Shown: positions 19,205 to 29,064, counted from the first letter of the stretch. The stretch is 58,246 bases of DNA from a virus (IMGVR_UViG_3300048586_000912:1-58246); one strand, 5' to 3'. Notes: generated by a model not told the origin, from the sequence alone. Program-made: numbers and translations.

Positions 19205-19738
19205 CTAGAAACCGTAGACGTTCTGTGCGGGCGTGAAGTCTTCCAGCAGCACGCGCTTGGCCGCGTCGGGCTTGCCGAGGCGGGTCTCGCCGTCCGTGCG
19301 CACGATGCCCTTCAGGCTGTGCGCGCCGGCTTCATAAGCGAGGGCATCGCCGGAGAAGGTGATGCGCGTGGCGCCGAAGCGGAACACGCGCTCGTCCGCC
19401 GAGGCCGACGGCGGCGGCAGATCGTCCGAGAAGCCGAACGGCAGGATCAGCGACTGGCCGAGCACGCCCGTGGGCGAGAAGAGGAGCACCTGCTGGCCCG
19501 CCTCCGGCACCGTCCAGTCCTGCGCGCTGGCGCCGGCGATGGCCGACCAGGGCCGCCAGGGCGAGAGGAAAACCTCGCCCGAGGCGTCGGAGAGCTTCAC
19601 CCGGGCGCGGTATTCGCCCGCTTTGACCTCGGAAACCGTGCCGGGCCGGAACATGTTGGCCTGGCGGTGCCGCAGCACGGCCACCTCGCCGCGCAGCAGG
19701 GCGATCTCCTGCGCCAAGGCGCGGACGATGTCCTCCAT
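19205..19738 (-). CDS. Baseplate assembly / spike protein V
   Basis: RPGTV...ARVK...SPW.PW...W..P..GQQVLLFSP.G. Confidence 0.88.
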   Translation of the reverse strand: MEDIVRALAQEIALLRGEVAVLRHRQANMFRPGTVSEVKAGEYRARVKLSDASGEVFLSPWRPWSAIAGASAQDWTVPEAGQQVLLFSPTGVLGQSLILPFGFSDDLPPPSASADERVFRFGATRITFSGDALAYEAGAHSLKGIVRTDGETRLGKPDAAKRVLLEDFTPAQNVYGF

Positions 19739-19741
19739 GGC

Positions 19742-20512
19742 TCACTCCCGCGCGTCGTCGGGCGCCACCACGCCGCCCACGGCGATGCGGGTGAGCGTCA
19801 CCGGCGCGCCGGCCTCGTCGGCGGCGAGCGGCGAGAGGCCGAGCGCCTTGGCGCCGGCCGCATCGAGGAACATGCGGGCCTGCTCGCGGAAGGCGGCGCC
19901 GGGGCCGCTGCCGGCGAGGAAGGCGGACAGCATGCCGTGCACGGCGCCATATTCGCCGTCATCCTCGATCAGATCGAGGAAGCGCTCCAGCCAGTCGCAC
20001 GGCTCGCCGCGGACCGGATCGAGCAGCGTGTCGGCGGTCAAGAGGATCTGACGCGCCGCGAGGCGCTGGCCCGCCGCGCCGACGCCGCGGATGGAGGAAT
20101 AGTCCGAACCGGGCGAGTTGACGGCCTCGCCGCCGCACAGCGTGCGGAACAGGTCCGCCGCCGCGCTGTCGGGCCGCGCGAGGGCATCGAGCGTCTCGCG
20201 CTCGAACAGATCGAGCATCAGATCGAGGTCGGCGTCGGTCTCGGCAAAGCCGATGACGATTTCGTCGGTCTCCTCGTCCGGCCGCGGCTTGGCGGTGAGC
20301 GCCAGTTCCAGCACCAGGCTGGTCTGCTGCATCTGCGCGCCGCGCTTGCGCTCGGTGGCCTCGGTGGACACGGTGATGACCGGCGCGCGGTCGTGTTCCA
20401 CGAGGGCGTCGAGCTGCGAAAGCGCGCTGTCGCGCACGCGGTCCTGCGCCATGGTGGCATCGCGCAGGGCAATGACGGCGCAGATGCGCAGGGCCATGCG
20501 GGCGAGGCTCAT
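19742..20512 (-). CDS. Tail completion / terminator-like protein
   Basis: MSLARMALR...T.A.DRV.DS; synteny. Confidence 0.6.
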   Translation of the reverse strand: MSLARMALRICAVIALRDATMAQDRVRDSALSQLDALVEHDRAPVITVSTEATERKRGAQMQQTSLVLELALTAKPRPDEETDEIVIGFAETDADLDLMLDLFERETLDALARPDSAAADLFRTLCGGEAVNSPGSDYSSIRGVGAAGQRLAARQILLTADTLLDPVRGEPCDWLERFLDLIEDDGEYGAVHGMLSAFLAGSGPGAAFREQARMFLDAAGAKALGLSPLAADEAGAPVTLTRIAVGGVVAPDDARE

Positions 20513-20522
20513 GACCGGACGC

Positions 20523-20930
20523 TCACGGCAGTTCGCTCTCCAGGATCAGGATGAGGCGGGTCGGGTCGTCCCGGTCCACCCGCGCGATGGCGAAAACGGG
20601 CACGCCCGGGCGATCAAGCAGGCTCACGCGGTCGCCGCGGCGCACCTCCAGCGCACCGATGACGGCGCGGGTGAGCGACACCTGGCGGGCGACGGCGGCG
20701 GCAATGGTGCCGACGCGGTCTTCGCGGGCGGTGCCGCGGGCATCGAGCGGCCGCACCGTCTCCGGCGCCTCGCCGACGGGCGCGATGCCTTCCCAGGCGG
20801 CGCGGGCGGGGTCTTGAGACGGGCGGCCATTGGGGCTGCCCGCCATGGGCGTGATGCGCACGCGGTCGCCGAACGTGCCGTCGAACGCGGAATCGGCCGC
20901 GGCGAGCGCGGCCGCGAACGGCGAGGGCAT
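20523..20930 (-). CDS. Head-tail joining protein
   Basis: Start MPSPFAAA is coupled to the capsid stop; synteny. Confidence 0.65.
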   Translation of the reverse strand: MPSPFAAALAAADSAFDGTFGDRVRITPMAGSPNGRPSQDPARAAWEGIAPVGEAPETVRPLDARGTAREDRVGTIAAAVARQVSLTRAVIGALEVRRGDRVSLLDRPGVPVFAIARVDRDDPTRLILILESELP

Positions 20931-21967
20931 CAGCCCTCGACCGTGCCCTTGCGCAGCGCGGACGGCATGGTGCAGACGAACAACGGCCGGGCATAGGCCT
21001 CGACGTCCGCCCACATGTTGCGATCCTTGTCGCGCACGATCATGGAGTAGAACTCCTTGCCGACCGTGTTCACGAGGTCGAACGTCTCCAGCGGCGAGTT
21101 GGTCTGCTGGAAGATGCCGGCGCCGATGGGGAAGAAGCTCGCCTCGTCGGCGGCAACGCCCACCTCGCCGTCGTCCGAGCCGCGGTAATTGTGCCAGGTG
21201 ACGTTGCCATAGCGGAACGTCTCCCAGGCCCCGCCATGGCCCTCGCGCAGCTGGTTGGCCGCCTGCTGGTTCTCGTAGGTGCGGATGACCTCCGAGTGGT
21301 TGACGAACTCGTCCCAGAAGTCGTCGCCGACGACGGCGTGGATGGTGATGCCTGCGCCGGTGCCGCCCACGCCCTTGAGGTTCTTGACCATGGTGCGGCG
21401 CAGGTCGTTGCACTTCTTGCGGATGGCTCCGGTCTCGGGGTCGGCCGCGGTGAGGTCGAAGTTGATCGCCGCGGGAATGGCCTGGCCGAACTCGGACGCC
21501 CAGTCGTAGAGCACCGTGCCGTCGGCATCGAGCATCTTGGCCTGGCAGACGACGCCGAGCCGGTAGTGCTCATAGGTGAAGTCGGCGTCGGCCTTGAGGG
21601 CGGACTGGCGCTGGACGACCTCGGCTTCCACCTGGGAAAGCTCGGTCTCGCTGCCGAAGGCGCGGATGCCCTGCACCTCGGAAGCGTTGATGCGCCGGCC
21701 CTTAGCGAAGCGCACGGTCTTGTAGGAGCGCAGGCCGCGCCGGCCGCGCGGCGCGGCGGCCTCCGGAGCGGTGCCGGGCGCGGAGGTGTGGATCAGCGCC
21801 GGCGCGTTGGAGCGCTCCTCGATGAAAACGTCTTCGGTGCGCACGCCGGTCTTGGTGAAGATGCCGAGCTCGCCGAGATAATTGGGGGCGTAGTCCACCT
21901 TCTCGATGGCGCCGATCATGGACACCAGCGAGAAGGCGTCGTCGTTGAAGATGTCCATGCTGGCCAT
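20930..21967 (-). CDS. Major capsid protein (lambda gpE-like)
   Basis: MDIFNDDAFSLVSM, VQGIRAFGSETE, VNTVGKEFYS. Confidence 0.92.
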   Translation of the reverse strand: MASMDIFNDDAFSLVSMIGAIEKVDYAPNYLGELGIFTKTGVRTEDVFIEERSNAPALIHTSAPGTAPEAAAPRGRRGLRSYKTVRFAKGRRINASEVQGIRAFGSETELSQVEAEVVQRQSALKADADFTYEHYRLGVVCQAKMLDADGTVLYDWASEFGQAIPAAINFDLTAADPETGAIRKKCNDLRRTMVKNLKGVGGTGAGITIHAVVGDDFWDEFVNHSEVIRTYENQQAANQLREGHGGAWETFRYGNVTWHNYRGSDDGEVGVAADEASFFPIGAGIFQQTNSPLETFDLVNTVGKEFYSMIVRDKDRNMWADVEAYARPLFVCTMPSALRKGTVEG

Positions 21968-21980
21968 GGAAGGGTCTCCG

Positions 21981-22006
21981 AAAGAAAGAGCCGCCCGAAG
22001 GCGGCC
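21981..22006 (-). terminator. Intrinsic terminator-like hairpin
   Basis: GCCGCC-TTCG-GGCGGC followed by TCTTTCTTT on the minus strand. Confidence 0.6.
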
Positions 22007-22030
22007 GCGATGGTTGAGGGGAGAGCGCGA

Positions 22031-22699
22031 TCAGCGCGTGGTGATGCCGGCGTCGATGAGCTGGGCGATGGCGAGGGCCTTCTCCTCCGGCGTGATGCCG
22101 GCCTTGAAGGTGAGGTCACCCGCCCGCCAGGTGCAGTGGCGCACCAGCAGCAGAACCGCCGCGGTGCCGTCCGCCGGCGCCGCGGCCTTGTCGTAGGCGA
22201 CGGCGCGGGCCACCTGCGAGCCGTCGGTGGCGTCGGGGTCCCACGCGCGCCACTGGCCGAAATTGGCGGGCGCTGCGATGGCCACATGGACCTGCGCCTG
22301 CTCGCCCGGCAGGAAGTCCGTGGCGCCGTCGGCGATGGTGAACTTCACCGCGGCGTCGAAGGCGACGCCCACGGTGCCGCGGCCGACCACGATGCCGTCG
22401 GGATCCTCCACCACGAAGGTGCCCGCGTCGGCCGCGGGTTCGACGAACACCACGCGGTAGGTGCCGGCCTTCACGCCGGCGCCGTGCGCGGGATTGGCGA
22501 GGGTGAGGACGCCCTTGTTGGCGCCCGCCACGTCGGTCTTGGTGACGGTGACGGCGCCGCCGCCGGAGATGCGGCCGAGCACGCCGGCCACATCCACCTC
22601 CTCGCTCGCCGCAAGCACGCCGGCCTCGCGGGAATAGTAGTTCTCGGCCTCGTAAAGGAGGCCCTCGCCGGCGTGCCGGCCCTCGATCAGGTGAGCCAT
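22031..22699 (-). CDS. Head decoration protein (gpD-like, with insertion)
   Basis: YSRE...GVLGRI and WDPDATDGSQVARAV...GI..R. Confidence 0.82.
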   Translation of the reverse strand: MAHLIEGRHAGEGLLYEAENYYSREAGVLAASEEVDVAGVLGRISGGGAVTVTKTDVAGANKGVLTLANPAHGAGVKAGTYRVVFVEPAADAGTFVVEDPDGIVVGRGTVGVAFDAAVKFTIADGATDFLPGEQAQVHVAIAAPANFGQWRAWDPDATDGSQVARAVAYDKAAAPADGTAAVLLLVRHCTWRAGDLTFKAGITPEEKALAIAQLIDAGITTR

Positions 22700-22748
22700 G
22701 GTTCAGTACCTTGTTCCGGGCCTGCGGCCCGCCGATGGGTGAATAGGA

Positions 22749-23807
22749 TCAGCGACGCTTGAAGGCGGCGTTGAAGCGGTCGACGGCGCTGTCCAGCGTG
22801 CGCGGCTTGCCGTCTTCGCTCTTGGTCTCGCCCTTCGCATCGCCGCCGATGACGACCTTGGGGGCGCTCTCGCGCAGGGCGCCGAGGCCGTCCGCGGCGG
22901 GGGCGGACTTCTCGGCCTTGGCGAGAATCTTGACCGCCTCCTCGGCCGACATGTCGTGGGCGAGCGCGAGATGACGCGCGAGGCCCTCGCGGCCCGCGGC
23001 CTCAGGATGGTCGAGGATGGCCGAGATGCGCTCCCGCTCGTTCTTCGCGGGGGCATTGTCGTTGGCGGGCGCGGCGGGGGCCGTCCCGGTCTGGGTCTCG
23101 TTGGGCATGGGAGGCTCCGAAGTGGCGGCGGGCTGCGCCGGGGTCTTGCGCCGCGCGATGGCGGCGTTGAGCGGAACGCCCCATTCGCCCACCGGGCGCG
23201 GGGCCTTCAGCTTGCGGGCCGAAGCCACGAGGGGCTTGGGCGCATGGGCATAGAGGCGATAGTCGAAGGCGCTCGCCTTGGCGGCCTTCTCCTCGCCGGC
23301 GGCCGTGGCGAAGCCCTTCTCGACGGCCTCTGTGCCGTCCATCCAGGTCTCCGCGTCCATGAGGCCGGTGATTTCGGACAGATCGAGGCCGGTGCGGGCG
23401 GCATAGACGGCGGCGAGCTGGCCATCGAGCTTGCCGAGCAGGGCCGCCGACTTCTCGTGATCCTCCGCCGTGCCCCAGGTGATGGTGGAGGCGTCGTGGA
23501 TCATCATCAGCGCGCCGGTGCGCATGACGATGTCGTCGCCACCCATGGCGATGACGGAGGCGGCGGAGGCCGCGATGCCGTCGATCACCACCGTCACCTT
23601 CGAGGTGCGGGCGTGCAGCGCGTTGTAGATGGCGATGCCGTCCCAGGCGATGCCGCCGCCGGAATTGAGGCGGACGGTGATGTCGCCTTCCATCTCGGCG
23701 AGGGCCTGGAGCACTTCGGTGGCGGTGAAGCCGCCGTCGTCCCACCAGGAGCCGCCGACCGGGCCATAGAGCATCAGCTCGCCGTCGACGATGAGGTCAG
23801 AGGGCAT
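22749..23807 (-). CDS. Prohead protease (ClpP-like) with scaffold tail
   Basis: LNSGGG, GIAASAAS, MIHDAS, MDAETWM. Confidence 0.93.
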   Translation of the reverse strand: MPSDLIVDGELMLYGPVGGSWWDDGGFTATEVLQALAEMEGDITVRLNSGGGIAWDGIAIYNALHARTSKVTVVIDGIAASAASVIAMGGDDIVMRTGALMMIHDASTITWGTAEDHEKSAALLGKLDGQLAAVYAARTGLDLSEITGLMDAETWMDGTEAVEKGFATAAGEEKAAKASAFDYRLYAHAPKPLVASARKLKAPRPVGEWGVPLNAAIARRKTPAQPAATSEPPMPNETQTGTAPAAPANDNAPAKNERERISAILDHPEAAGREGLARHLALAHDMSAEEAVKILAKAEKSAPAADGLGALRESAPKVVIGGDAKGETKSEDGKPRTLDSAVDRFNAAFKRR

Positions 23808-25449
23808 TGCGCGCATCCTCGTTCTGTTCGTCGGGCCCACCGTTGGGACCGGGCACCGCCGCGGGGTTGAGCAGCGCGCCCTCGGGCAGGCCGTAGGACG
23901 CCTCCAGCTCGCGCACGCGCTTCAATTCCCGCGCGCGCTGCTCGAGGTTCTCTTCCCAATCGAGCCCCTGCTCGGCGGCCTCGCGCTCCAGGGTCGAGAT
24001 GCCGAGGCGCACGCGCAGGTCCGCCGCCTGCGCCTCCTTGAGCGGGTCCACCCAGCCGCGGCCCGGCATGCGCCAGCGGGCGCGGGTCCAGGCGGCGCGG
24101 GCCTCCTCGAATGAGGGCGAGGTGCGCGGCAGGACGATGCGCCGGCGCGCCACCGCCTCCTCGAACCAGCGCACATAGATGGGCTGGACGAACTGGTGGG
24201 CGAAGTGGCCGGCGCGGGCGGTGAAGCCGCGCCACACCTCCAGCAGCGCGGCGCGGGCCGAGGAATAATTGACCTGGCCCCAATCGGCCGAAAGCTGCTC
24301 GTAGGTGATGCCGAGGGCCGAGGCGATGTTGCGCAGCGAGGCGCGGGTGAAGCTCTCGAACACCGAGTTCGGGTGGTGCGGGTTGGAGAGCTTGATCTCC
24401 TCGCCCGGCGCCAGGAAGTTGATGGCGGCGCCCGGCAGCGTCATGGGCGGCGCCTCGGCCCAATGCTTCTCGCGCGCCGCGCTCATGGCGTCGAGAATGT
24501 CCTCGGTCTTCGAGCCGCCGGCCATGGCTTCCGCCATGGCGTCGGGATCGTAGGGCGTGGTCACGAAGGCCGCGAGCACGGCATTGATGACCGCCGCCTG
24601 CAGCTCCGCCTCGTCGTAGCGGCCGAGCATGCGCAGCTTCTTAACCACGCTGGCGAGCGCCGGCACGCCGCGAATCTGGCCCGCGCGGGTGGGCTCGAAG
24701 GCGTGCACCACGAGGCGCCGGCCGCCCATGAAGCGCGGCACGCGCAAATGCTCGGCATCGCGCCAGGTGAAGGCTTCGCCGGGATGGGCGCGGCGGATGT
24801 GATAGGCGAGCGGCTCGGTGCTCGGACCAAGCTCGATGCCCTGGCGGAAACGGTCGGTCTCGGGCGCCGCCTGCGGCTGGGACAGCCGGTCGGGGTCCAC
24901 CACCTGGATCGCGGTCGCCCAGGGGCCGCCGCGCTCGTCGAAGGAGATGACGGCGAGCGCCTCGCCATCCATGGCGCGGTGCCGGTAGGCGAGCGCCAGC
25001 AGTCCGCCGAAGCCGTTGCGCATCTCCGTGTCGCACCAGCAATCGGGATCGGTGGCCCAATCCTCGAACTCCGCCTCGATCTGCGCGGCGATGTCGGTGG
25101 CGGCGGCGTCGTCGAGCCTGAGGCGGCGCCGGTTGAGCAGCGCATTGAGGCCCCAGCCGCCGCCGATGACGTTGTCCACCAGGCGATCGAGCCCGGCGGA
25201 GGCCCAGCCGTCATTGCGCGCCAGATCGTGGATGCGCGAGGTGAGCAGGTTGCGATCAGGCGAGAGCGCCGACTGCGCCGAGAAGGCGCGCGGCAGCCAG
25301 GACGCGAGGTCCTGGTGGGTGCGCGAGGCGCCCTGATAGCCGGCGTCCGCGCGGGGAATGGCACGCTCGCCCGCCCCGGGCGCGCCGGGTTGGCCTGCGG
25401 CGGCGCGCCCGGGGCGGAAAAGCTCAGCCAACGCGCTGCGCAGGCCCAT
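23797..25449 (-). CDS. Portal protein, lambda family
   Basis: DLARNDGWA, GQIRGVP, VNYSSARAALLE, GWVDPLKE. Confidence 0.95.
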   Translation of the reverse strand: MGLRSALAELFRPGRAAAGQPGAPGAGERAIPRADAGYQGASRTHQDLASWLPRAFSAQSALSPDRNLLTSRIHDLARNDGWASAGLDRLVDNVIGGGWGLNALLNRRRLRLDDAAATDIAAQIEAEFEDWATDPDCWCDTEMRNGFGGLLALAYRHRAMDGEALAVISFDERGGPWATAIQVVDPDRLSQPQAAPETDRFRQGIELGPSTEPLAYHIRRAHPGEAFTWRDAEHLRVPRFMGGRRLVVHAFEPTRAGQIRGVPALASVVKKLRMLGRYDEAELQAAVINAVLAAFVTTPYDPDAMAEAMAGGSKTEDILDAMSAAREKHWAEAPPMTLPGAAINFLAPGEEIKLSNPHHPNSVFESFTRASLRNIASALGITYEQLSADWGQVNYSSARAALLEVWRGFTARAGHFAHQFVQPIYVRWFEEAVARRRIVLPRTSPSFEEARAAWTRARWRMPGRGWVDPLKEAQAADLRVRLGISTLEREAAEQGLDWEENLEQRARELKRVRELEASYGLPEGALLNPAAVPGPNGGPDEQNEDARNAL

Positions 25450-25664
25450 CAGAAGACCACCAGGCGGCGGCGGGCGCGGCGCGGGCCGCCGGAAAGCTGC
25501 GCCTTCAGCTCGTCGATGCGGCGGCGCAGGGCGATCTTGTCCACCTCGCTGTTCTCGATCTCGCGCTCGCCCATGCGGATCTTGCGGGCACGGGCGCCGC
25601 TCTCCGCCTCCACGAGGATGCCCTCGAGGCGCGCAATCTCGGCGGCGATCTCGGAGGGCGTCAT
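25449..25664 (-). CDS. Head-tail joining protein gpW-like
   Basis: 71 aa between terminase and portal. Confidence 0.75.
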   Translation of the reverse strand: MTPSEIAAEIARLEGILVEAESGARARKIRMGEREIENSEVDKIALRRRIDELKAQLSGGPRRARRRLVVF

Positions 25665-25674
25665 GGATGGGGTC

Positions 25675-27756
25675 CTATCTGGTGTGGCTCATGGCGCGGC
25701 GCAGCGCGGCGCCGAGAGCGGAGGACTTCGCCCGCGCCGGCCGGGCCGGACTGGCGAGCGGCGGCGATGCCGGCGCGGAATCGGACTGTTGCGAAGACCT
25801 CGCGGGCGCCAGCCCGCCCCGCGCCGGAGACGACGGGTTGGACGGCGGCGGCGTCTCCGGCGCGGTGAACAAATCAGCTTGCGCCTGCGCAAGCTGATGT
25901 CGCTCCATGAGGAGCGCGCCCCATTGGGCGCGGGTGACGTTTTCCAGCCCGAGGCCGCCGCGCGGCACGCCGAGCGCCAGCGCGCGGGCATAGACCGCGA
26001 GGTCGAGGCCCTCGTTGCGGATGCCGCGGCGGGGCACCCACACATCCTCGGTGCGGCCGTCGCGTCGTTCGCGGGCCACCAGCACCTCGCCGAGGAGCTG
26101 ATCGGCCATGCCGAGATCGACGATCTCGCGCGGCAGATGGATGGCCGAGCCGCGCGGCTGGCGCTGGGCGAAGGCCGAGAGCGCGCCGGCGAGCCAGAGC
26201 TTGAGGTCGTGCGAGCCGACCGGATAAAGGTCCACCCGGAACTTGATGCGCCCGTATGCGTCCTTCGCCGCGGCCTTGGTGGGCGTGCCGAGCGGCAGCG
26301 CCTTGCGCACATCGCCGGCCTTGGGCGGGCGGCCATCGAGGGCGCGCACGTCCGGCTTGCCGCGGGCGAGCTTGTAGATCTCGTAGGTGCCGAAGCCGGT
26401 ATCGAGGCCGACGCGATCGGCCCGGTAGGCGCCGCCGCCGGCATAGGGCCATTCGCGCTCGAACAGCGCCTCGAGCGCGAGGCCGAGCTCGGCATCGCCG
26501 GGCCGGCCGGGGCAGGTGCCGTGCTCCACCAGCCATTGGTCGACGCCGTCGCCCGCCACCGAGGGGCCGAATGCCCATAGCGCCCATTCGGCCCAGGTGG
26601 AGTTGAAGTCCACCGCCAGCACCGTGCGGCCGGCGCGGATGGGGACGATGCCGCGGGGATAGTCCTCCGTGGCAGCCACCAGTTCCTGCGCCGTGACCTC
26701 GGAGAGCTCCTCCTCGTAGGGCAAACCGAGGGTGAGGTTGAAGAAGGTCTTCAACTTCGCGGAATCGTCGCCGGCCTCGACGAAGCGCTTGGCGATCACG
26801 TCCCACGGCACGAAGGGCGAGGACATGCCGCCGAAATGGTAGGACGGATGCCGGCCCGAGCCGGGCGCGGTGGCGATCCAGCGGCCCTTGCGCACCAGCG
26901 CATTCTTCTCGTGGGCGCCGATGACGCGGTCGCAGCAGGGCGCCAGATAGTGCGCCTCATAGGGATAGGTGCGGTTGAAACGGAAGCGCGGGCCGTGCTC
27001 GAACACGAACTCGGTGCCGCAGCCGGGGCACGGGACGTGCCATTTGCGCTGGTCGCCGCGGGCGTGGGACGCCTCGATGCGCGAGCCGTTCTTGATGGTG
27101 GGGGTCGAGATCTTGACCCGCTTCCACTCCCCCGATTCCAGGAAGGATTCCTGGCGGGCGGTGGCCATGTCCACCGGGTCGCCCTGGCCGTTCACGTCGT
27201 TCGGGTATTCGTCGACCTCGTCGAGGAACACCTTCTGCTTGGTCTTCGAGCGCAGGTCCGAAGTGGACGTGGCGATGGCCAGCGTCAGCGTGTAGGCGCC
27301 GAATTTCTTGGCATAGGTGGTCGAGCCGGCGCCCGAGCGGGACGTCTGCGGCTTCACCTTGGCGGCGAGCGCCTCGGTGGCCTCGATCATGGGGCCGAGC
27401 TTGAGGCCGTTGAAGTCGGTGAGCGCGCCGTCGGTGGGCTGCACCAGGAGCGTGTCGGACGGCTCGCGGTCGATGGTGTGGCCGACGGCGGCGAGCAGCA
27501 GCGTGGTGAAGCCGGTCTGCGCCGACTTCATGACGTCGATTTCGTTCACCGGGGAGGCGAGCGAGCACATGTCGAGCGGCTCCCGGATGTACGGGGTCAG
27601 CTCCGGGTCCCAGGCCTCCAGCTTGCGCGGGCCGTCCGGCACGATGAGGTGCTCGGCCGCCCACTGCGACGGCGCGATGGGCGGCGCGAGGCGCAGCGCC
27701 CTGCCCCAGGCCCGCGCCACCACCTCGCCGAGGGTGCTGGCGAAGGCGAAGCTCAT
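25675..27756 (-). CDS. Terminase large subunit (gpA family)
   Basis: KSAQTGFT Walker A, FLDEVD, ISTPT, CPGC, NEGLDLAVYA. Confidence 0.95.
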   Translation of the reverse strand: MSFAFASTLGEVVARAWGRALRLAPPIAPSQWAAEHLIVPDGPRKLEAWDPELTPYIREPLDMCSLASPVNEIDVMKSAQTGFTTLLLAAVGHTIDREPSDTLLVQPTDGALTDFNGLKLGPMIEATEALAAKVKPQTSRSGAGSTTYAKKFGAYTLTLAIATSTSDLRSKTKQKVFLDEVDEYPNDVNGQGDPVDMATARQESFLESGEWKRVKISTPTIKNGSRIEASHARGDQRKWHVPCPGCGTEFVFEHGPRFRFNRTYPYEAHYLAPCCDRVIGAHEKNALVRKGRWIATAPGSGRHPSYHFGGMSSPFVPWDVIAKRFVEAGDDSAKLKTFFNLTLGLPYEEELSEVTAQELVAATEDYPRGIVPIRAGRTVLAVDFNSTWAEWALWAFGPSVAGDGVDQWLVEHGTCPGRPGDAELGLALEALFEREWPYAGGGAYRADRVGLDTGFGTYEIYKLARGKPDVRALDGRPPKAGDVRKALPLGTPTKAAAKDAYGRIKFRVDLYPVGSHDLKLWLAGALSAFAQRQPRGSAIHLPREIVDLGMADQLLGEVLVARERRDGRTEDVWVPRRGIRNEGLDLAVYARALALGVPRGGLGLENVTRAQWGALLMERHQLAQAQADLFTAPETPPPSNPSSPARGGLAPARSSQQSDSAPASPPLASPARPARAKSSALGAALRRAMSHTR
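25801..25865. repeat. Conserved-loop hairpin, copy 4, in-frame in the terL C-terminus
   Basis: Near-identical to 10813-10877; encodes TAPETPPPSNPSSPARGGLAPA. Confidence 0.85.
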
Positions 27757-28424
27757 GACGGTGCGTCGGTTGGCGCGAGGTCCGGGTCGGCGTCCGGGTT
27801 CGGGTTCGGGTCGAAGTCCTCGATGGGGCGGCGCGGCTCGGCGGAGAGCGCGGCGGCGAGTTCCGCCAGCGCCCGGGCCGCGTCGTTGCGCAGGGTCGCG
27901 ACGAGGCCCTTGAGATAGGTGCGCACGCCCTGCTGGCCGCTCTCATTGTGGGCGGCGACGATGGCCTCGGCGTGCGAGGGCAGCCGGTCGAGCGCCTTGA
28001 CGATGGGCTCGACGAGGCGGGCGGCCTCCTCCTCGACGCGGTCCACCGGCACGAGGCGGCGGGTGCGCTCGCCGAGATCGAGGCGGGCGATGTCGGCCTG
28101 GTAGGCGACGCGGCGGGCCTGTTCGCGCGAGAGCACGGGGTCGGAGCTTGCGGCCTCGCCGCGATTGGCCGCGGCGGTGTGGGCGGCCAGCTCCTTTGTG
28201 GCGTCGAGATGCTCGCCGGCGACGCGCTCATAGGCGGCGACGTTGACGAGCTTGGCGCCGCGCGGGCCGGGGCGGGTCGAGAGCAGGCCCTCGGCCTCGA
28301 AGCGGGCGATGCGCCGCGACATGGCCGCCTTGTCGATGGACTTCTGCCGGGCGAGCTCCGAGACGGCAACCCAAAGGCCGTCGGCGGCGGCACCGTTGTT
28401 GTCCGTTGTCGCCACCGTTGTCAC
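27753..28424 (-). CDS. Terminase small subunit
   Basis: N-terminal wHTH and a YQADIARLDLGER..LV coiled coil; overlaps terL. Confidence 0.8.
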   Translation of the reverse strand: MTTVATTDNNGAAADGLWVAVSELARQKSIDKAAMSRRIARFEAEGLLSTRPGPRGAKLVNVAAYERVAGEHLDATKELAAHTAAANRGEAASSDPVLSREQARRVAYQADIARLDLGERTRRLVPVDRVEEEAARLVEPIVKALDRLPSHAEAIVAAHNESGQQGVRTYLKGLVATLRNDAARALAELAAALSAEPRRPIEDFDPNPNPDADPDLAPTDAPS

Positions 28425-28510
28425 CGTTGACCCAGGTTTCAGAAGGTCCGGCTAGCGTTTTTCCGGGCTGCGGCGGCCGCGTGGGGGGGTGGGCCCGGGG
28501 GGAAGGACCC
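28393..28510 (-). other. Lambda-like cos site (cosQ GGGTCCT, predicted cosN ~28468-28479, four CAACGG repeats)
   Basis: Aligns with the lambda cos as recalled; immediately upstream of terS. Confidence 0.7.
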
Positions 28511-28536
28511 GTGGTATACCAGAGACCACCCCGCCC

Positions 28537-29064
28537 TCAGGGCATCAGGCGCCCGACGCGGCGGGGCAGGATGCGGGCGACCTCGGCCGCGCCCGTGCTC
28601 TCGAACGTCTCGGCCGACTGGTCCTTGATCAATTCCTTCGGCATGCTCGGCCCGAACAGCCGGCGCACCGGGAAGCGGGCCGAGCCGAGGCGCGCCCGAT
28701 ACCCGCCGTTCGCGAACGAGCGCTTGAAGGTGCGCGGCGAATTCCACGGCGCCGCCGAAACACCCCTGCGGGTGACCCTCAGCCCCTTGAATTCCTCGAT
28801 CGGCAGACCCTTACCCTTGGCCTCGATCCGATATTCGAGCACGGCCGGCAGGATGTAGGAGCGCGTCGCCGCGACGATGGTGCCGTACTTCTTCGCCGCC
28901 GTCTGGCGCCAGAGCGCACGCCGCACCGCGGTGCGGGTCTTGTCGCCGGCCTGGCCGAGCGTCTCGACCATGGCCCGCTGCACCGCCGGGCTCGCGAGCT
29001 TGCGCGCGCCGACCAGGAAACGCTGCGTGCCCGAGCCGTCATAGCTGACGACGAATGCGGCCAC
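28537..29064 (-). CDS. Minor tail protein Z-like (neck) protein
   Basis: GTG start with GGAGG SD; RFPVRRLFGPSMPKEL motif. Confidence 0.65.
   Translation of the reverse strand: MAAFVVSYDGSGTQRFLVGARKLASPAVQRAMVETLGQAGDKTRTAVRRALWRQTAAKKYGTIVAATRSYILPAVLEYRIEAKGKGLPIEEFKGLRVTRRGVSAAPWNSPRTFKRSFANGGYRARLGSARFPVRRLFGPSMPKELIKDQSAETFESTGAAEVARILPRRVGRLMP

Noticed and set aside
27780-27815. Short TCGGG(T) repeats at the terS 3' end
   Set aside because: Low-complexity DPNPNPDADPD coding tail; no further evidence of function
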